A DNA stretch of 64,000 nt from Calditrichota bacterium (GTDB lineage: Bacteria > Electryoneota > RPQS01): NCBI GenBank assembly GCA_020637395.1, contig JACJWA010000001.1, positions 1,327,228 to 1,391,227 on the forward strand, read 5' to 3'. Under the pieces are notes generated by a model, which saw nothing but the letters and a program-made list of their open reading frames with translations, ran no database searches and was not told where the DNA came from. The position numbers were made by a program, and so were the translations under genes. Numbering within the stretch: the stretch's first letter is position 1; every line of letters begins with the position of its first letter. Below are positions 20,447 through 29,806 of the stretch, piece after piece.

Positions 20447-20994
20447 TTCTTAGGCAGTCTATGGCCGGGAATCTCGGCCTCCATTCCCTGATAATGCAGT
20501 CTATACTGGACATAACGCTCCGCCGTGTCCAGAAGCCCTTGCTGTTCCTCTGCAGAGAGCTCGCGCTTCTTTTCAGCAGGCACTCCGGCCCACAATTCGC
20601 CCGGCGGTATGATTGTCTTTTCGAGTACTACGGATCCCGCAGCAATCAACGATCCTTCCCCAACCGTCGCCAAATCCAGAACTCGCGCGCCAATGCCTAT
20701 CAGGCAGCCGCGCTTCAAGCTGCAGCCATGAACGATCGCGCCGTGCCCCACGGACACAAGGTCCTCGATCAAGAGCGGTGCCCGGGCTATCGTCACATGA
20801 CAGATCACGCCATCCTGAAGATTTACCTTCGCACCGATGCGGATCCAGTTCACATCTCCCCGCACCACCGTCCCATACCAGACGGACGATTCCGCGCCAA
20901 TGTGAGTGTCTCCGATCACGACCGCCGTTTCGGCAAGCCAGGCCGACGGATGCAAGTCCGGTTCAACACCGTTGTAGGGCAAGATCAGGGCCAT
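20443..20994 (-). CDS. Gamma-carbonic-anhydrase-like / hexapeptide-repeat (LbH) protein, YrdA/PaaY family
   Basis: 183 aa with a left-handed beta-helix repeat pattern (VIGDTHIGAESSVWYGTVVRGDVNWIRIGAKVNLQDG...HGAIVHGC). 4-nt overlap with the csp gene. Confidence 0.8.
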   Translation of the reverse strand: MALILPYNGVEPDLHPSAWLAETAVVIGDTHIGAESSVWYGTVVRGDVNWIRIGAKVNLQDGVICHVTIARAPLLIEDLVSVGHGAIVHGCSLKRGCLIGIGARVLDLATVGEGSLIAAGSVVLEKTIIPPGELWAGVPAEKKRELSAEEQQGLLDTAERYVQYRLHYQGMEAEIPGHRLPKK

Positions 20995-21324
20995 CTCAGC
21001 TCCAAGTCCTCACCCCCAGAATTGTCGAGTCCGGCCCATCGCGCGATCGAGCCGGACTCATTAGGCAGTGCCCCCCGCCCAAATCGTTCAATTTCTGTTA
21101 CTCGTTGCTCATGGCGGAAGTTTCCAGATCTCGACACTTGTTCGTTGATTCTTGGCGACGAGCTTTGCAAGTTTGATTCCCGTTCTCTATATTTTGTTTT
21201 TTAACGCTTTGTCGTCCCGTGACGCACAGGGCCACCATTACGAATGGTGCAAATCAACGCAAATGGTTGATTTCGCGGGGAAATCCGACAGCCTCCGTTT
21301 GCGAACCACCACACCTCGAGTACC

Positions 21325-21861
21325 ATGAACCGATACCTGAAGTTCGGAATTGCCGCTACGTTCTTACTCTTCCTGCTCGTTCTTTGGCCCATGACGCGAA
21401 ACGCCCCAGCTTCGGGCGCTTCTGGCGGCGGATCCTTGCTTGCAAGAGAAGCGGAGCTTGTAGATGAGTTCTGCCTCGCAAAGATTCCTAACTCAGGAAT
21501 CGCGAATGTCCCGCAAGCTTGGGAAAAAGCTCTGGATGCAGACATTCGCATACGCGAGACCGCTGGCGAAGCGGCGGCCGACATCGGTTTGCCGAGAGAA
21601 CAATCGAGCGAAGTCACTTCTCTCATGCCGGGGAAAGGACTATGGCATGTCTCGAACGGTCGCGAGCACTACGTCTTGCATTCCGCTCAGGGCAAGGATT
21701 GGTATATCATCGTGACCAAGAACGAACCTTCGTCTGTCCTATCCTCCCCATTCAAGGGAGGAAACGCTCCGAGCCCGATTGCTTTGTCTATCGCCTTCGC
21801 CCTGATTGGTGGGGCGCTCCTGACCTTGCTGGCCAGAGTGGCGTTCGGGAAGACTGAATAG
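21325..21861 (+). CDS. Hypothetical protein with N- and C-terminal transmembrane helices
   Basis: 178 aa. N-terminal TM (FGIAATFLLFLLVLWPM), a soluble middle and a C-terminal TM (PSPIALSIAFALIGGALLTLLARVAFGKTE). A strong terminator follows. No family recognised. Confidence 0.55.
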   Translation: MNRYLKFGIAATFLLFLLVLWPMTRNAPASGASGGGSLLAREAELVDEFCLAKIPNSGIANVPQAWEKALDADIRIRETAGEAAADIGLPREQSSEVTSLMPGKGLWHVSNGREHYVLHSAQGKDWYIIVTKNEPSSVLSSPFKGGNAPSPIALSIAFALIGGALLTLLARVAFGKTE

Positions 21862-21880
21862 CCTGCGCAGTACCTATGAA

Positions 21881-21915
21881 ATAGGACCGCAACTCACTGC
21901 GGTCCTATTTTTTTT
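21881..21915 (+). terminator. Rho-independent terminator between convergent genes
   Basis: 10-bp stem ataggaccgc / gcggtcctat, 8-nt loop, 7 T. It overlaps the last codons of the convergent GT4 gene. Confidence 0.85.
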
Positions 21916-23098
21916 GAAACACAAAGTCGTAAGTCTTCAGCAGCTCTCTTGTGCTATGTTCCCAAGAAAGTTGCTCTTTGAGCCTTTGGCTCCCAAACGC
22001 ACCCATCTCCCGACGGCGATCCTCATTATCAAGAAGCTCGAGAATCTTCTTCGCGAAATCCTCGATGTCATTATCTTTCGCATATGCTGCGGCCTGTTGC
22101 GCAGAATACTCGGACTCGGTCAGGCGATAGGACACAATAGGCCGCGCCATGGCCATATACTCGAGTATCTTGTTCATCGTGCAGTGGGTGTTCAGAGGAT
22201 TGATCGGATCCGGCGCCAAACAAACATCGGCGGTAGAAAGAACCTCCCTGACCTGCTCGTTTGAAACTCTGCCTGTGAACTCGACGACATCCGTCAGCCC
22301 TAAACTTTCGGCCATTTGCTTCAGCACCAGAAGGTTTTCACCGCCCCCCATTAGCAGAAAATGGATGTCTTGCCTTCCCCAATCTTGGCTGATCAGCTTT
22401 GCCGCCTTAAGCAAGTAATCCAGCCCATCCTGTGCCCCCATCGTTCCGAGATAGGCTGCCAGGTAAGTCCGGCCACGTTTCCATTCGGCATTCGGTGGAA
22501 GCGGACTGAACTTGTTCAAGTCGGGCGCACTTCGAACCACGAAGACTTGTTCCGGCGATAGTCTTCCGCGCTCAATCGCGATCTTGCGATAGGAGTTATT
22601 CGTTGAGATCACTGCCGTCGCGGAGCGGTACGTTCCATACTCAAGTGCTCTCAGGATTCTAAGAATCAAACCACCTTTGTTCGGGTATTTAGACTCAAAG
22701 GTTTCAGGCGATAGATCGTGCTGATCAAACACGAATCTTACTCCAAGAAGTCTGAACGGCGCGGCGACGAGAAAGAACAAATCCGGCGGATTACAGGCAT
22801 GAATAACCTTAAACCCTCGCCGGAAGAATACATAGCAGGCGTAAAGGAATGTCCAGAGCATTGCCCAAGAGTACTCCCAAGCATAGCCAATTGCGCGATT
22901 GGCGGTGTAAGGCATGGGGTAGCGATACACCGCGATGCCTTCGAGCATCTCAAACGGCTTCTTGTCCACCATCCGCGGGCAGATCACGCTGACTTGATAG
23001 CCTGCGTGTCGCAGCGCCAAAGACTCCTGCCATACCCTTCGATCAAAGGGTACTGACAGATTCTCGACAAGGACCAAAACCTTACCAGCAGACGCCAT
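21905..23098 (-). CDS. Glycosyltransferase family 4 (GT-B fold)
   Basis: The N-terminus MASAGKVLVLVENLSVPFDRRVWQE is typical of GT4 enzymes, with a C-terminal Glycos_transf_1-like region. The ORF extends to 23161, but the ATGs at 23098 or 23110 minimise overlap with the upstream gene. Confidence 0.8.
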   Translation of the reverse strand: MASAGKVLVLVENLSVPFDRRVWQESLALRHAGYQVSVICPRMVDKKPFEMLEGIAVYRYPMPYTANRAIGYAWEYSWAMLWTFLYACYVFFRRGFKVIHACNPPDLFFLVAAPFRLLGVRFVFDQHDLSPETFESKYPNKGGLILRILRALEYGTYRSATAVISTNNSYRKIAIERGRLSPEQVFVVRSAPDLNKFSPLPPNAEWKRGRTYLAAYLGTMGAQDGLDYLLKAAKLISQDWGRQDIHFLLMGGGENLLVLKQMAESLGLTDVVEFTGRVSNEQVREVLSTADVCLAPDPINPLNTHCTMNKILEYMAMARPIVSYRLTESEYSAQQAAAYAKDNDIEDFAKKILELLDNEDRRREMGAFGSQRLKEQLSWEHSTRELLKTYDFVFQKK

Positions 23099-24395
23099 GG
23101 TACTCCGCATGGATATTGTCCGCCACGGGAATTCGCGCCAAGTCGTAGACAATCTGTTCACTCGAAAGGGATTTTAACACTGGATAAAACTCCTCATCAC
23201 GGTAGGTTACAAGCACAACCTCCGAGTGCGAAGCGAGCTCGTTCGGATTGCTGACAAGTAGCTCCGCAAGGTGCGGAATGGCTGTTTCAATGAATCGCTT
23301 ATTGGCTCCCATCAGGCGAGCCAATGACACGTTCCGGTCATAGATCTTGATATCAAAACCCTTCCCGAGAAGGGTCTCGACCAGTTCGACGACCGGACTC
23401 TCGCGCAGGTCATCTGTCCCCGCCTTGAACGCCAATCCCAGTACTCCCAGCCGCTTCTTGCCGAAACCTTGCAGCGCTTTCGCCGATCTCTTTACGTGTT
23501 CTTCGTTGGATCCCATCAGCGAGTAGAGCATTGGTGTGCTCAAGTTCTGCTGCCTGGCACACGCGCTAAGTGCCCGCACGTCCTTGGGAAGGCAGGATCC
23601 TCCGAAGGCAAACCCCGGCTTTAGATAGTACGGCGAGAGATTCAGTTTTGTGTCCGAACAAAAGATGTCCATGACCCGGTGACTGTCCACACCCACGGAC
23701 TTGGCAATGGCTCCAATTTCATTGCCGAAGACCACCTTGACCGCGTGGAACACGTTGTCTGCATATTTCACCAGCTCAGCTTCTTCGATCTTGGCGACAT
23801 GAAACTCCCCCGGAAGCCCTGCGTAGAGTGCTGAGATCAGCTCTGCCGTGGCATGGTTCTCCGCACCAACCACCGTCTTGGGCGGAGCGAAGAAGTCCGC
23901 TACCGCAGTTCCTTCGCGCAGAAACTCCGGATTGTAGCCAAGCTGGAACCCCTGCCCTGCCGTCTTCCCGGATGACTTCTCAAGAATGGGGAGTAATTCG
24001 CGTCGCGTTGTTCCGGGCAACAGAGTGCTGCGGACAACGACAGTGAATGTCCGATCGAGTTTGCGAATCGCTAGGCCGATTTGCTCGCACACGCGGCGCG
24101 CGTACTCGGTGTTCAGGGCACCTGACGGAAGTGACGGCGTTCCGACGCAGATTAGGGCAACTTCCGTGTTCGCCACGGCATCCTCAATGGACGTTGTGGC
24201 GTTCAATTGTCCGGCCGCCCGGTGTTTTGCGATTAACTCGGGAAGGTCCTTCTCAACGATCGGGCTCTTGCCGTCCAGGAGGAAATCAACTTTCGTCTGG
24301 TCAACATCAATTCCCCACACCTCGTGTCCGGATTCGCAAAGGCAAGCGGCTGAAACACAGCCCACATATCCTAATCCAAATATGCTGATTCTCAT
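23082..24395 (-). CDS. Nucleotide-sugar 6-dehydrogenase, GDP-mannose 6-dehydrogenase (AlgD)-like
   Basis: 437 aa. N-terminal Rossmann motif MRISIFGLGYVGCVSAACL...GHEVWGIDVDQTKVD...GKSPIVE resembles AlgD as I recall it. Catalytic-Cys region FAFGGSCLPKD. Confidence 0.8.
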   Translation of the reverse strand: MRISIFGLGYVGCVSAACLCESGHEVWGIDVDQTKVDFLLDGKSPIVEKDLPELIAKHRAAGQLNATTSIEDAVANTEVALICVGTPSLPSGALNTEYARRVCEQIGLAIRKLDRTFTVVVRSTLLPGTTRRELLPILEKSSGKTAGQGFQLGYNPEFLREGTAVADFFAPPKTVVGAENHATAELISALYAGLPGEFHVAKIEEAELVKYADNVFHAVKVVFGNEIGAIAKSVGVDSHRVMDIFCSDTKLNLSPYYLKPGFAFGGSCLPKDVRALSACARQQNLSTPMLYSLMGSNEEHVKRSAKALQGFGKKRLGVLGLAFKAGTDDLRESPVVELVETLLGKGFDIKIYDRNVSLARLMGANKRFIETAIPHLAELLVSNPNELASHSEVVLVTYRDEEFYPVLKSLSSEQIVYDLARIPVADNIHAEYHGVCW

Positions 24396-24589
24396 GTAAA
24401 TCTAATTCTGTAAGTGACTTGAGTGAACCTTAAGTGTAGCGATTCCAAACGAAATCCGCAAACGCCCCTGAAAAGTGCAAAGGGCAAGCCATCAGCCGCA
24501 CGCAAACGCGTTTCGGGCCGTCGCGAACTTCGCACCGTGCCCTTGATAATTCAAGAGTTTAGAGTTACCTTGAAGCAGGAGGAAAAAGA

Positions 24590-26362
24590 ATGAAGACTAA
24601 AGTCAAACTACAAAGAATTCGTGAACGGATCAGAGCTGCGGGACTGCAAGCCCTGTTGGTGCCGAACTCGGATCCCCATGGCAGCGAATACGTTCCCGCG
24701 CATTGGAACCGGAGACAGTTTGCTACGGGATTTACGGGTTCCGTCGGCGAGGCATGTTTCACCGCATCCAGCGCCGCGCTGTGGGTGGATTCGCGCTATT
24801 TCCTGCAGGCCGAGCGAGAGTTGGCCGGCTCCGGGATAAAGCTCCAGAAGATCGGACTGCCGGGCACCCCAACGATTGCGGAGTGGCTCGCCAAGCAGTT
24901 TCCCCGCGGCGCCAAGGTCGGAGTGGATTCCCAAGTCATCACGCGCGATCACTTCTTGCATCTGCAAGATGAGTTCGCCCGTGCGGGATTGAGTCTGGTC
25001 GGTTTGCAACGAAATCCCGTGGATGAGGCTTGGGACAATCGTCCAGAGCTGAGCCTTTCGCCGCTGATCGTCCATGAATTGACCTATGCCGGTGAATCCG
25101 TCGCCTCAAAGCTCCAGAGTGTGCGGAAAGCCATGAAAGCCCACGGCGCCACGGTGCACGTCTTGACCGAGCTCGATGCCATTGCCTGGCTGTTCAACTT
25201 GCGCGGCGCGGATGTCGAGTTCAATCCCGTGTTTGTGGCCTATGCGATCGTGCGCGAGACCACCGCGCATCTCTATGTGGACTTGCGAAAAGTTACCCCC
25301 GCCGTGCGCAGGCACCTCGGGAAGAAGGTCCGTGTTCATCGCTACGACGCATTTGCCAACGAGATGAAGAAGCTTGCCAAGGGGCGCGGTAAAGCGTGGA
25401 TTCACTCCGGTACCGCAAGCCAGTGGGCGTTTTCTCTGCTTGGAAAGGCCCAACTTGTCACAGAGCGTTCGCCGATCACCTTACTCAAGGCCTGCAAGAC
25501 ATACCGCCAGATTCGCGGCATGCAGTCGGCACATGTGCGGGATGGTGTGGCGATGGTGAAGTTCCTGAGCTGGCTGGATGAGAATATGGGAAAGGTTCCC
25601 ATGAGCGAGCTCTCGCTTGAAGTGGAACTTGAGCGCGCTCGTTCTGCTTCCAAGATGTACCGTGGCCCCAGTTTCTCGCCTATCATCGGGTATGCGGCCA
25701 ACGGAGCTGTGATCCACTACAGAGCGGTTTCGGCAACTGACCGCCAAATCAAACCGCGCGGCCTCATGGTGATTGATTCCGGCGGACAATATCCGGACGG
25801 AACGACGGACATCACGCGCACTGTTTGCTGCGGATCTCCCACTCGCAAACAAAAAGAGCACTTCACCAGAGTGCTCAAAGGCCATATTGCCGTCGCAACT
25901 TGTTCATTCCGCAAAGGGACCAGAGGCCCGCAGCTTGAGGTCCTTGCCAAGCAATTTCTCTGGGAAGCGGGACTCGACTACATGCACGGAACCGGGCACG
26001 GAGTCGGGCACTACCTGTGCGTGCACGAGGGTCCGGCGTCCATTGCGCCTCGATTCCCCAATGAGCCGCTGCAGCCGGGAATGGTTCTATCGAATGAGCC
26101 GGGGTTCTATCTGGATGGCGAATACGGAATTCGTATTGAGAATCTTGTCTATGTGTACGAGCATCCAGAGTTCCGCGGCTTCTACCGCTTCGGCAATCTG
26201 ACGCTGTGTCCGATTGACCGAAGACTTATAGATGTCTCGATGTTGACTTCTGCAGAACGCGCGTACCTGAACGGCTATCATGCGACGGTAAGGCGCGTCT
26301 TACTTCCCAAAGTCAAAGGGAAGGCCGCGGTGTGGCTAAAGAGGATGACTGCGGCGCTCTGA
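24590..26362 (+). CDS. pepP: Xaa-Pro aminopeptidase (M24B, aminopeptidase P type)
   Basis: 590 aa. Creatinase/prolidase N-terminal domains plus the M24 pita-bread motifs HGTGHGVGHYLCVHEGP and SNEPGFY, IRIEN. AGGAGG Shine-Dalgarno site upstream. Confidence 0.9.
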   Translation: MKTKVKLQRIRERIRAAGLQALLVPNSDPHGSEYVPAHWNRRQFATGFTGSVGEACFTASSAALWVDSRYFLQAERELAGSGIKLQKIGLPGTPTIAEWLAKQFPRGAKVGVDSQVITRDHFLHLQDEFARAGLSLVGLQRNPVDEAWDNRPELSLSPLIVHELTYAGESVASKLQSVRKAMKAHGATVHVLTELDAIAWLFNLRGADVEFNPVFVAYAIVRETTAHLYVDLRKVTPAVRRHLGKKVRVHRYDAFANEMKKLAKGRGKAWIHSGTASQWAFSLLGKAQLVTERSPITLLKACKTYRQIRGMQSAHVRDGVAMVKFLSWLDENMGKVPMSELSLEVELERARSASKMYRGPSFSPIIGYAANGAVIHYRAVSATDRQIKPRGLMVIDSGGQYPDGTTDITRTVCCGSPTRKQKEHFTRVLKGHIAVATCSFRKGTRGPQLEVLAKQFLWEAGLDYMHGTGHGVGHYLCVHEGPASIAPRFPNEPLQPGMVLSNEPGFYLDGEYGIRIENLVYVYEHPEFRGFYRFGNLTLCPIDRRLIDVSMLTSAERAYLNGYHATVRRVLLPKVKGKAAVWLKRMTAAL

Positions 26363-26380
26363 TGATTTGAAGAATGTGAT

Positions 26381-26416
26381 GCGAAAGCGGGACCTTAAGG
26401 TCCCGCTTTCGCTTTT
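26381..26416. terminator. Strong bidirectional hairpin terminator between convergent genes
   Basis: Perfect 14-bp stem gcgaaagcgggacc / ggtcccgctttcgc, loop ttaa, then tttt. It overlaps the last codons of the methyltransferase gene. Confidence 0.85.
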
Positions 26417-27060
26417 AAGACGGCATGTCTTGCGTCCAGGCACTCAAGGTTGCACCCGAAATGCTGTGCAATCCAACGCATGGTCTGATGTGAGTAGAAG
26501 CACACGTGAGTTGGGTCGCGCATGTACCACCAGTTAAAGATGTCCGTTTTTTCACCGTGGAACAAGGTCTTGACCGCCAGGATTCCATGTTCTTTCGTGA
26601 GCGAGATGAGTCTCATCCACTCTTTCAGAGGCTCGCGGAAGTGCTCCGCCGTTTCGCAGCATACTACGGCGTCATATTGAACATTCAAAACGGCGGGATC
26701 ATCCGCGAAGAACTTATCATAGATCGAAACTGTGTATCCGTTCTCTCGCAATAACTCGGCGAGCACCGGTTCCGGCCCGCTGCCAAAATCGAGCACCTGT
26801 GCCGGCGGGTCAACATGCTCGACAAGCCTTGACACAAGACTTGCCAGAAACGTGACGTAGTTCAGGTCCGCCCGAGTGTTCTTATGCAGCAAATAGCGCC
26901 CGTGCTCCTCAAGCGGAGAAAGCCGATCGTCTTCAATGACTGTGATCAAATCGCAATTCGTACATCTCACGGCACGGCGATCGGATAGGATCGCCGCCGA
27001 TCCGACTTCCGCCTCGCATAGCGGGCACTTCTCTATCCCACCAGACACGCTCCCTGTCAT
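26395..27060 (-). CDS. Class I SAM-dependent methyltransferase with an N-terminal CxxC...CxxC zinc ribbon
   Basis: 221 aa. CPLCEAE...CTNCDL, then the SAM motif I VLDFGSGPEP and a Methyltransf_23-like body. Confidence 0.75.
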   Translation of the reverse strand: MTGSVSGGIEKCPLCEAEVGSAAILSDRRAVRCTNCDLITVIEDDRLSPLEEHGRYLLHKNTRADLNYVTFLASLVSRLVEHVDPPAQVLDFGSGPEPVLAELLRENGYTVSIYDKFFADDPAVLNVQYDAVVCCETAEHFREPLKEWMRLISLTKEHGILAVKTLFHGEKTDIFNWWYMRDPTHVCFYSHQTMRWIAQHFGCNLECLDARHAVLKAKAGP

Positions 27061-27154
27061 GGTCCCCCTTCTTCTACTTCACAGCTTTGATAACCACGTT
27101 CCCTCAGGAAATTCCTTCTTCTGGATGTCTGCTATACTGTCCTTGCGCTTGGAC

Positions 27155-27180
27155 AAAACAGGCTCCTAAGAGCCTGTTTT
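27155..27180 (-). terminator. Hairpin terminator downstream of tRNA-Gly
   Basis: 11-bp stem aaaacaggctc / gagcctgtttt with a 4-nt loop. The U-run is partly inside the stem. Confidence 0.55.
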
Positions 27181-27186
27181 TATTAG

Positions 27187-27258
27187 AGCGGATGACGGGA
27201 CTCGAACCCGCAACCTCCAGCTTGGGAAGCTGACACTCTACCATTGAGTTACATCCGC
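27187..27258 (-). tRNA. tRNA-Gly (anticodon CCC)
   Basis: Reverse complement: GCGGATG-T-AACTCAATGGTAGAGT-G-TCAGC-TTCCCAA-GCTGG-AGGTT-GCGGG-TTCGAGT-CCCGT-CATCCGC-T. Clean cloverleaf with U73 discriminator. CCA is not encoded. Confidence 0.92.
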
Positions 27259-27481
27259 AGTTTCACGAAATCTAATCAATTCTCAATAACATACAAGTCT
27301 TTCCACGGCCTTGGGTCTATGCCAACAAGTCCGCGCAACCTTCTTTCTCATTCCTTCGACTAACTAGATAAGGGAGGTGGTGTCACACCGCCTGAGTCGT
27401 CCCGCGCTATCAATTCGTCGTCCGCAATTCAAGCGGCGATCTCCCCTGCAACGTGGTTCCGCACAAAGCAAGGAGAACAAG

Positions 27482-27910
27482 ATGAAAGCGCTGTTGGTCT
27501 TGGTTCCGATTCTCTTCCTTATGGGATGTTCGTCGGAATGGAACGCAAATCCTGTTGGCACCAACTCATTCCCTCCGGACGTCGCGCCAACGGCTAGCCT
27601 GGCCGAGGCTATTCCCTCGCTGGACGAGATTGAACCTCCCGTTCCGCTCTGCGAAACACGGCAAACAGGCTTCCTGTCGCTAAGAAACGCCTGCCACCTG
27701 CCAGTGACGTTCTCGTGGGCAACGGATCAGTCAGTCGTCCTGCTCCCGGATTCGAAAGTCGTCATAGAAGTCAGCATTGGCGCGCGAACAGTTCGCTGGC
27801 AGCCGGAAGGAGACTCCTTCTATGAGGAGTTGGCGCTGGTCGATCTCTGCGAAACTACCGCACTGCAGTACGATCCTACCCAAGCCTGCAAGTCTCAAGT
27901 CAGGAACTGA
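27482..27910 (+). CDS. Hypothetical lipoprotein
   Basis: AAGGAG Shine-Dalgarno site 7 nt upstream. Signal peptide with lipobox MKALLVLVPILFLMGC. 142 aa with four further Cys. The ORF-track start at 27377 is probably an upstream extension. Confidence 0.65.
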   Translation: MKALLVLVPILFLMGCSSEWNANPVGTNSFPPDVAPTASLAEAIPSLDEIEPPVPLCETRQTGFLSLRNACHLPVTFSWATDQSVVLLPDSKVVIEVSIGARTVRWQPEGDSFYEELALVDLCETTALQYDPTQACKSQVRN

Positions 27911-27929
27911 AAGTCTCTTGCCTTTTTCG

Positions 27930-27952
27930 AGGCGGCCCTTTGGCCGCCTTTT
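27930..27952 (+). terminator. Rho-independent terminator after the lipoprotein gene
   Basis: Stem aggcggcc / ggccgcct, loop cttt, then a T-rich tract (tttctattt). Confidence 0.7.
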
Positions 27953-29806
27953 CTATTTCCGGACGTGCGTGTTCAAGAATTCGACTACCTTGTCGTAAGC
28001 CTCGATCCGATTTTCGATCTTGCTGAGTCCGTGTCCTTCGTCTTCAAACACCAGGTACTCCGCGATTCCGCCGCGCGTGCGAATGGCTTCCACCATTTGA
28101 TCCGACTCAGATTGCGGCACGCGCGGATCATTCGCTCCTTGGATCACAAAGAGCGGCGCCCTAATCTTGTCCACTTGATTCAGCGGTGAAACCGACTCAA
28201 GAAACTCACGATCTGTCTCTAACGAACCGTATTCCGCCTCGCGAAGCGCTCGGCGATACTTTCCAGTATTCTCAAGGAAAGATACGAAATTTGAAATCCC
28301 AACGACGTCAATTCCTGCGGCGAACAAATCAGGGTACGTGGTCAGACCGGACAGCACCATAAATCCGCCGTAGCTGCCGCCGTACAAGACAATCTTGCTC
28401 TTGTCCACATTCTTCTGCTTGGCCAACCACTTTGCGGCGTACTCGATATCCTTTACCGAGTCCATGCGTTTGTGCACGTTGTCCAGACTCATGTAGCTCT
28501 TCCCAAAGCCCGAAGATCCGCGTACATTCGGTTCGAGTATCGCATATCCATTGTGAAGCAGGTACTGAAACCATCCGGACAGATCAGGCCGCGCCTGAGA
28601 TTCCGGACCTCCATGAATCGCAATCACCACGGGCAACTTGCCCTTCGCATCCTTGGGCGTGTACCAGAATGCAGGAACTTTGAGCTTGTCGAACGAGTCG
28701 TATTCGATCAGTTCTGGTTTCACGAATAGGTCTGTAGGTATTCCGCCCGTGGCGGACGACGAAACCGGCGAAAGAAGATCATTCACGGCATCATAAATCC
28801 ACACGTCGAACGGACGATCCGCAGCACCGAAGGTCATTGCCAGGCGCTTGCCATCATTTGAAAACGTCATGCCGCGAATGATTCCGTCCGGCAAGCGAAA
28901 ACTGCCCACGCGCCGGTCATGCCGGATATCCACAAAGTTGAACCGCGAAAGTCCGCGATCGTTCGCCGAGTACGCATAGTTCAATCCGTCCGACGATACC
29001 GCGAGCAAATCAATATCCATCTCGGGAGTTTCAATCCACGTCAACTCTCCACCAAAAATGTTGATGGAACAGACACCTGAATACTCCCGACCGCGATTTG
29101 ACAGCGCAAAAAGCTTCGTGGAGGTGTCATCAAAATGCGGGTTGGAGAAAAGCTCGTCTCCAACATGCTCTGTCAAGACTCTGGTTTCGCCCGTGGTTCG
29201 ATCATACAAGAGAATGTCGGAATTCACATTTGAATGATCCCGTGTGATCACCAGAAAACGGTTGTCCTGCGAGTAGCATTCCGCGCTCAATGAGCCGCCG
29301 CCGCTGAAAACCATCCGCGGCTCCGACTCCGTGATCGAGTGCTCGTACACGTCGAAGTCCACGCCGTTTCGTGCGTTCGACACGTAGCTCAATTTTGTTC
29401 CGTCCTGCGACCAGCAGCCGAAGCGGTAAATAGCATCATCCTCCGTGGGAGTAAGGGGCATCAGCGGCGAAACATTTGGGTCAAGCATGTACAGCTTGCT
29501 GCGTTCGCTGCCTCCGCGCGACGCCGAAACCACCATCTGATTCGAGCTCGCGGGCGACCACCACACGCCGTCCATTCCATCCGGCTCAAACGTCGTTTGA
29601 ATCAGTTTTCCCATTCTGCCCACAACCCGCCAAACCTGCGGTTCACCGCTCACATTGCTGATGTAGGCCAACTCCGTGGCCGTCGGATTGAAGGTCGGAC
29701 GCTGCGCATACTGAACGTTCAGAAACTGCGAAAGCGTGAAGTCAGATGCATTCGCTGTGGCGATTGCCGTCAGAAGGATTGAAAGAACGAGTAGTTGTCG
29801 TTTCAT
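27953..29806 (-). CDS. S9-family serine peptidase (prolyl oligopeptidase/dipeptidyl-peptidase type) with an N-terminal beta-propeller
   Basis: 617 aa. Signal peptide, PD40/TolB-like propeller region and nucleophile elbow GGSYGGFM. C-terminal DPRVP and EDEGHGL supply the Asp/His. Confidence 0.88.
   Translation of the reverse strand: MKRQLLVLSILLTAIATANASDFTLSQFLNVQYAQRPTFNPTATELAYISNVSGEPQVWRVVGRMGKLIQTTFEPDGMDGVWWSPASSNQMVVSASRGGSERSKLYMLDPNVSPLMPLTPTEDDAIYRFGCWSQDGTKLSYVSNARNGVDFDVYEHSITESEPRMVFSGGGSLSAECYSQDNRFLVITRDHSNVNSDILLYDRTTGETRVLTEHVGDELFSNPHFDDTSTKLFALSNRGREYSGVCSINIFGGELTWIETPEMDIDLLAVSSDGLNYAYSANDRGLSRFNFVDIRHDRRVGSFRLPDGIIRGMTFSNDGKRLAMTFGAADRPFDVWIYDAVNDLLSPVSSSATGGIPTDLFVKPELIEYDSFDKLKVPAFWYTPKDAKGKLPVVIAIHGGPESQARPDLSGWFQYLLHNGYAILEPNVRGSSGFGKSYMSLDNVHKRMDSVKDIEYAAKWLAKQKNVDKSKIVLYGGSYGGFMVLSGLTTYPDLFAAGIDVVGISNFVSFLENTGKYRRALREAEYGSLETDREFLESVSPLNQVDKIRAPLFVIQGANDPRVPQSESDQMVEAIRTRGGIAEYLVFEDEGHGLSKIENRIEAYDKVVEFLNTHVRK

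Noticed and set aside
21201-21626. 141-aa minus-strand ORF competing with the 21325..21861 plus-strand ORF.
   Set aside because: The plus-strand ORF has clean terminal TM helices and is followed by a strong terminator. The minus-strand product is low-complexity (Ser/Ala/Arg-rich) with no features.
27061-27481. The tRNA-Gly (and tRNA-fMet at 8858..8931) considered as possible integration sites of a genomic island.
   Set aside because: No integrase, recombinase or phage/plasmid gene and no obvious duplicated tRNA 3' segment are visible in the flanks. The neighbouring genes are ordinary housekeeping or secreted-enzyme genes.
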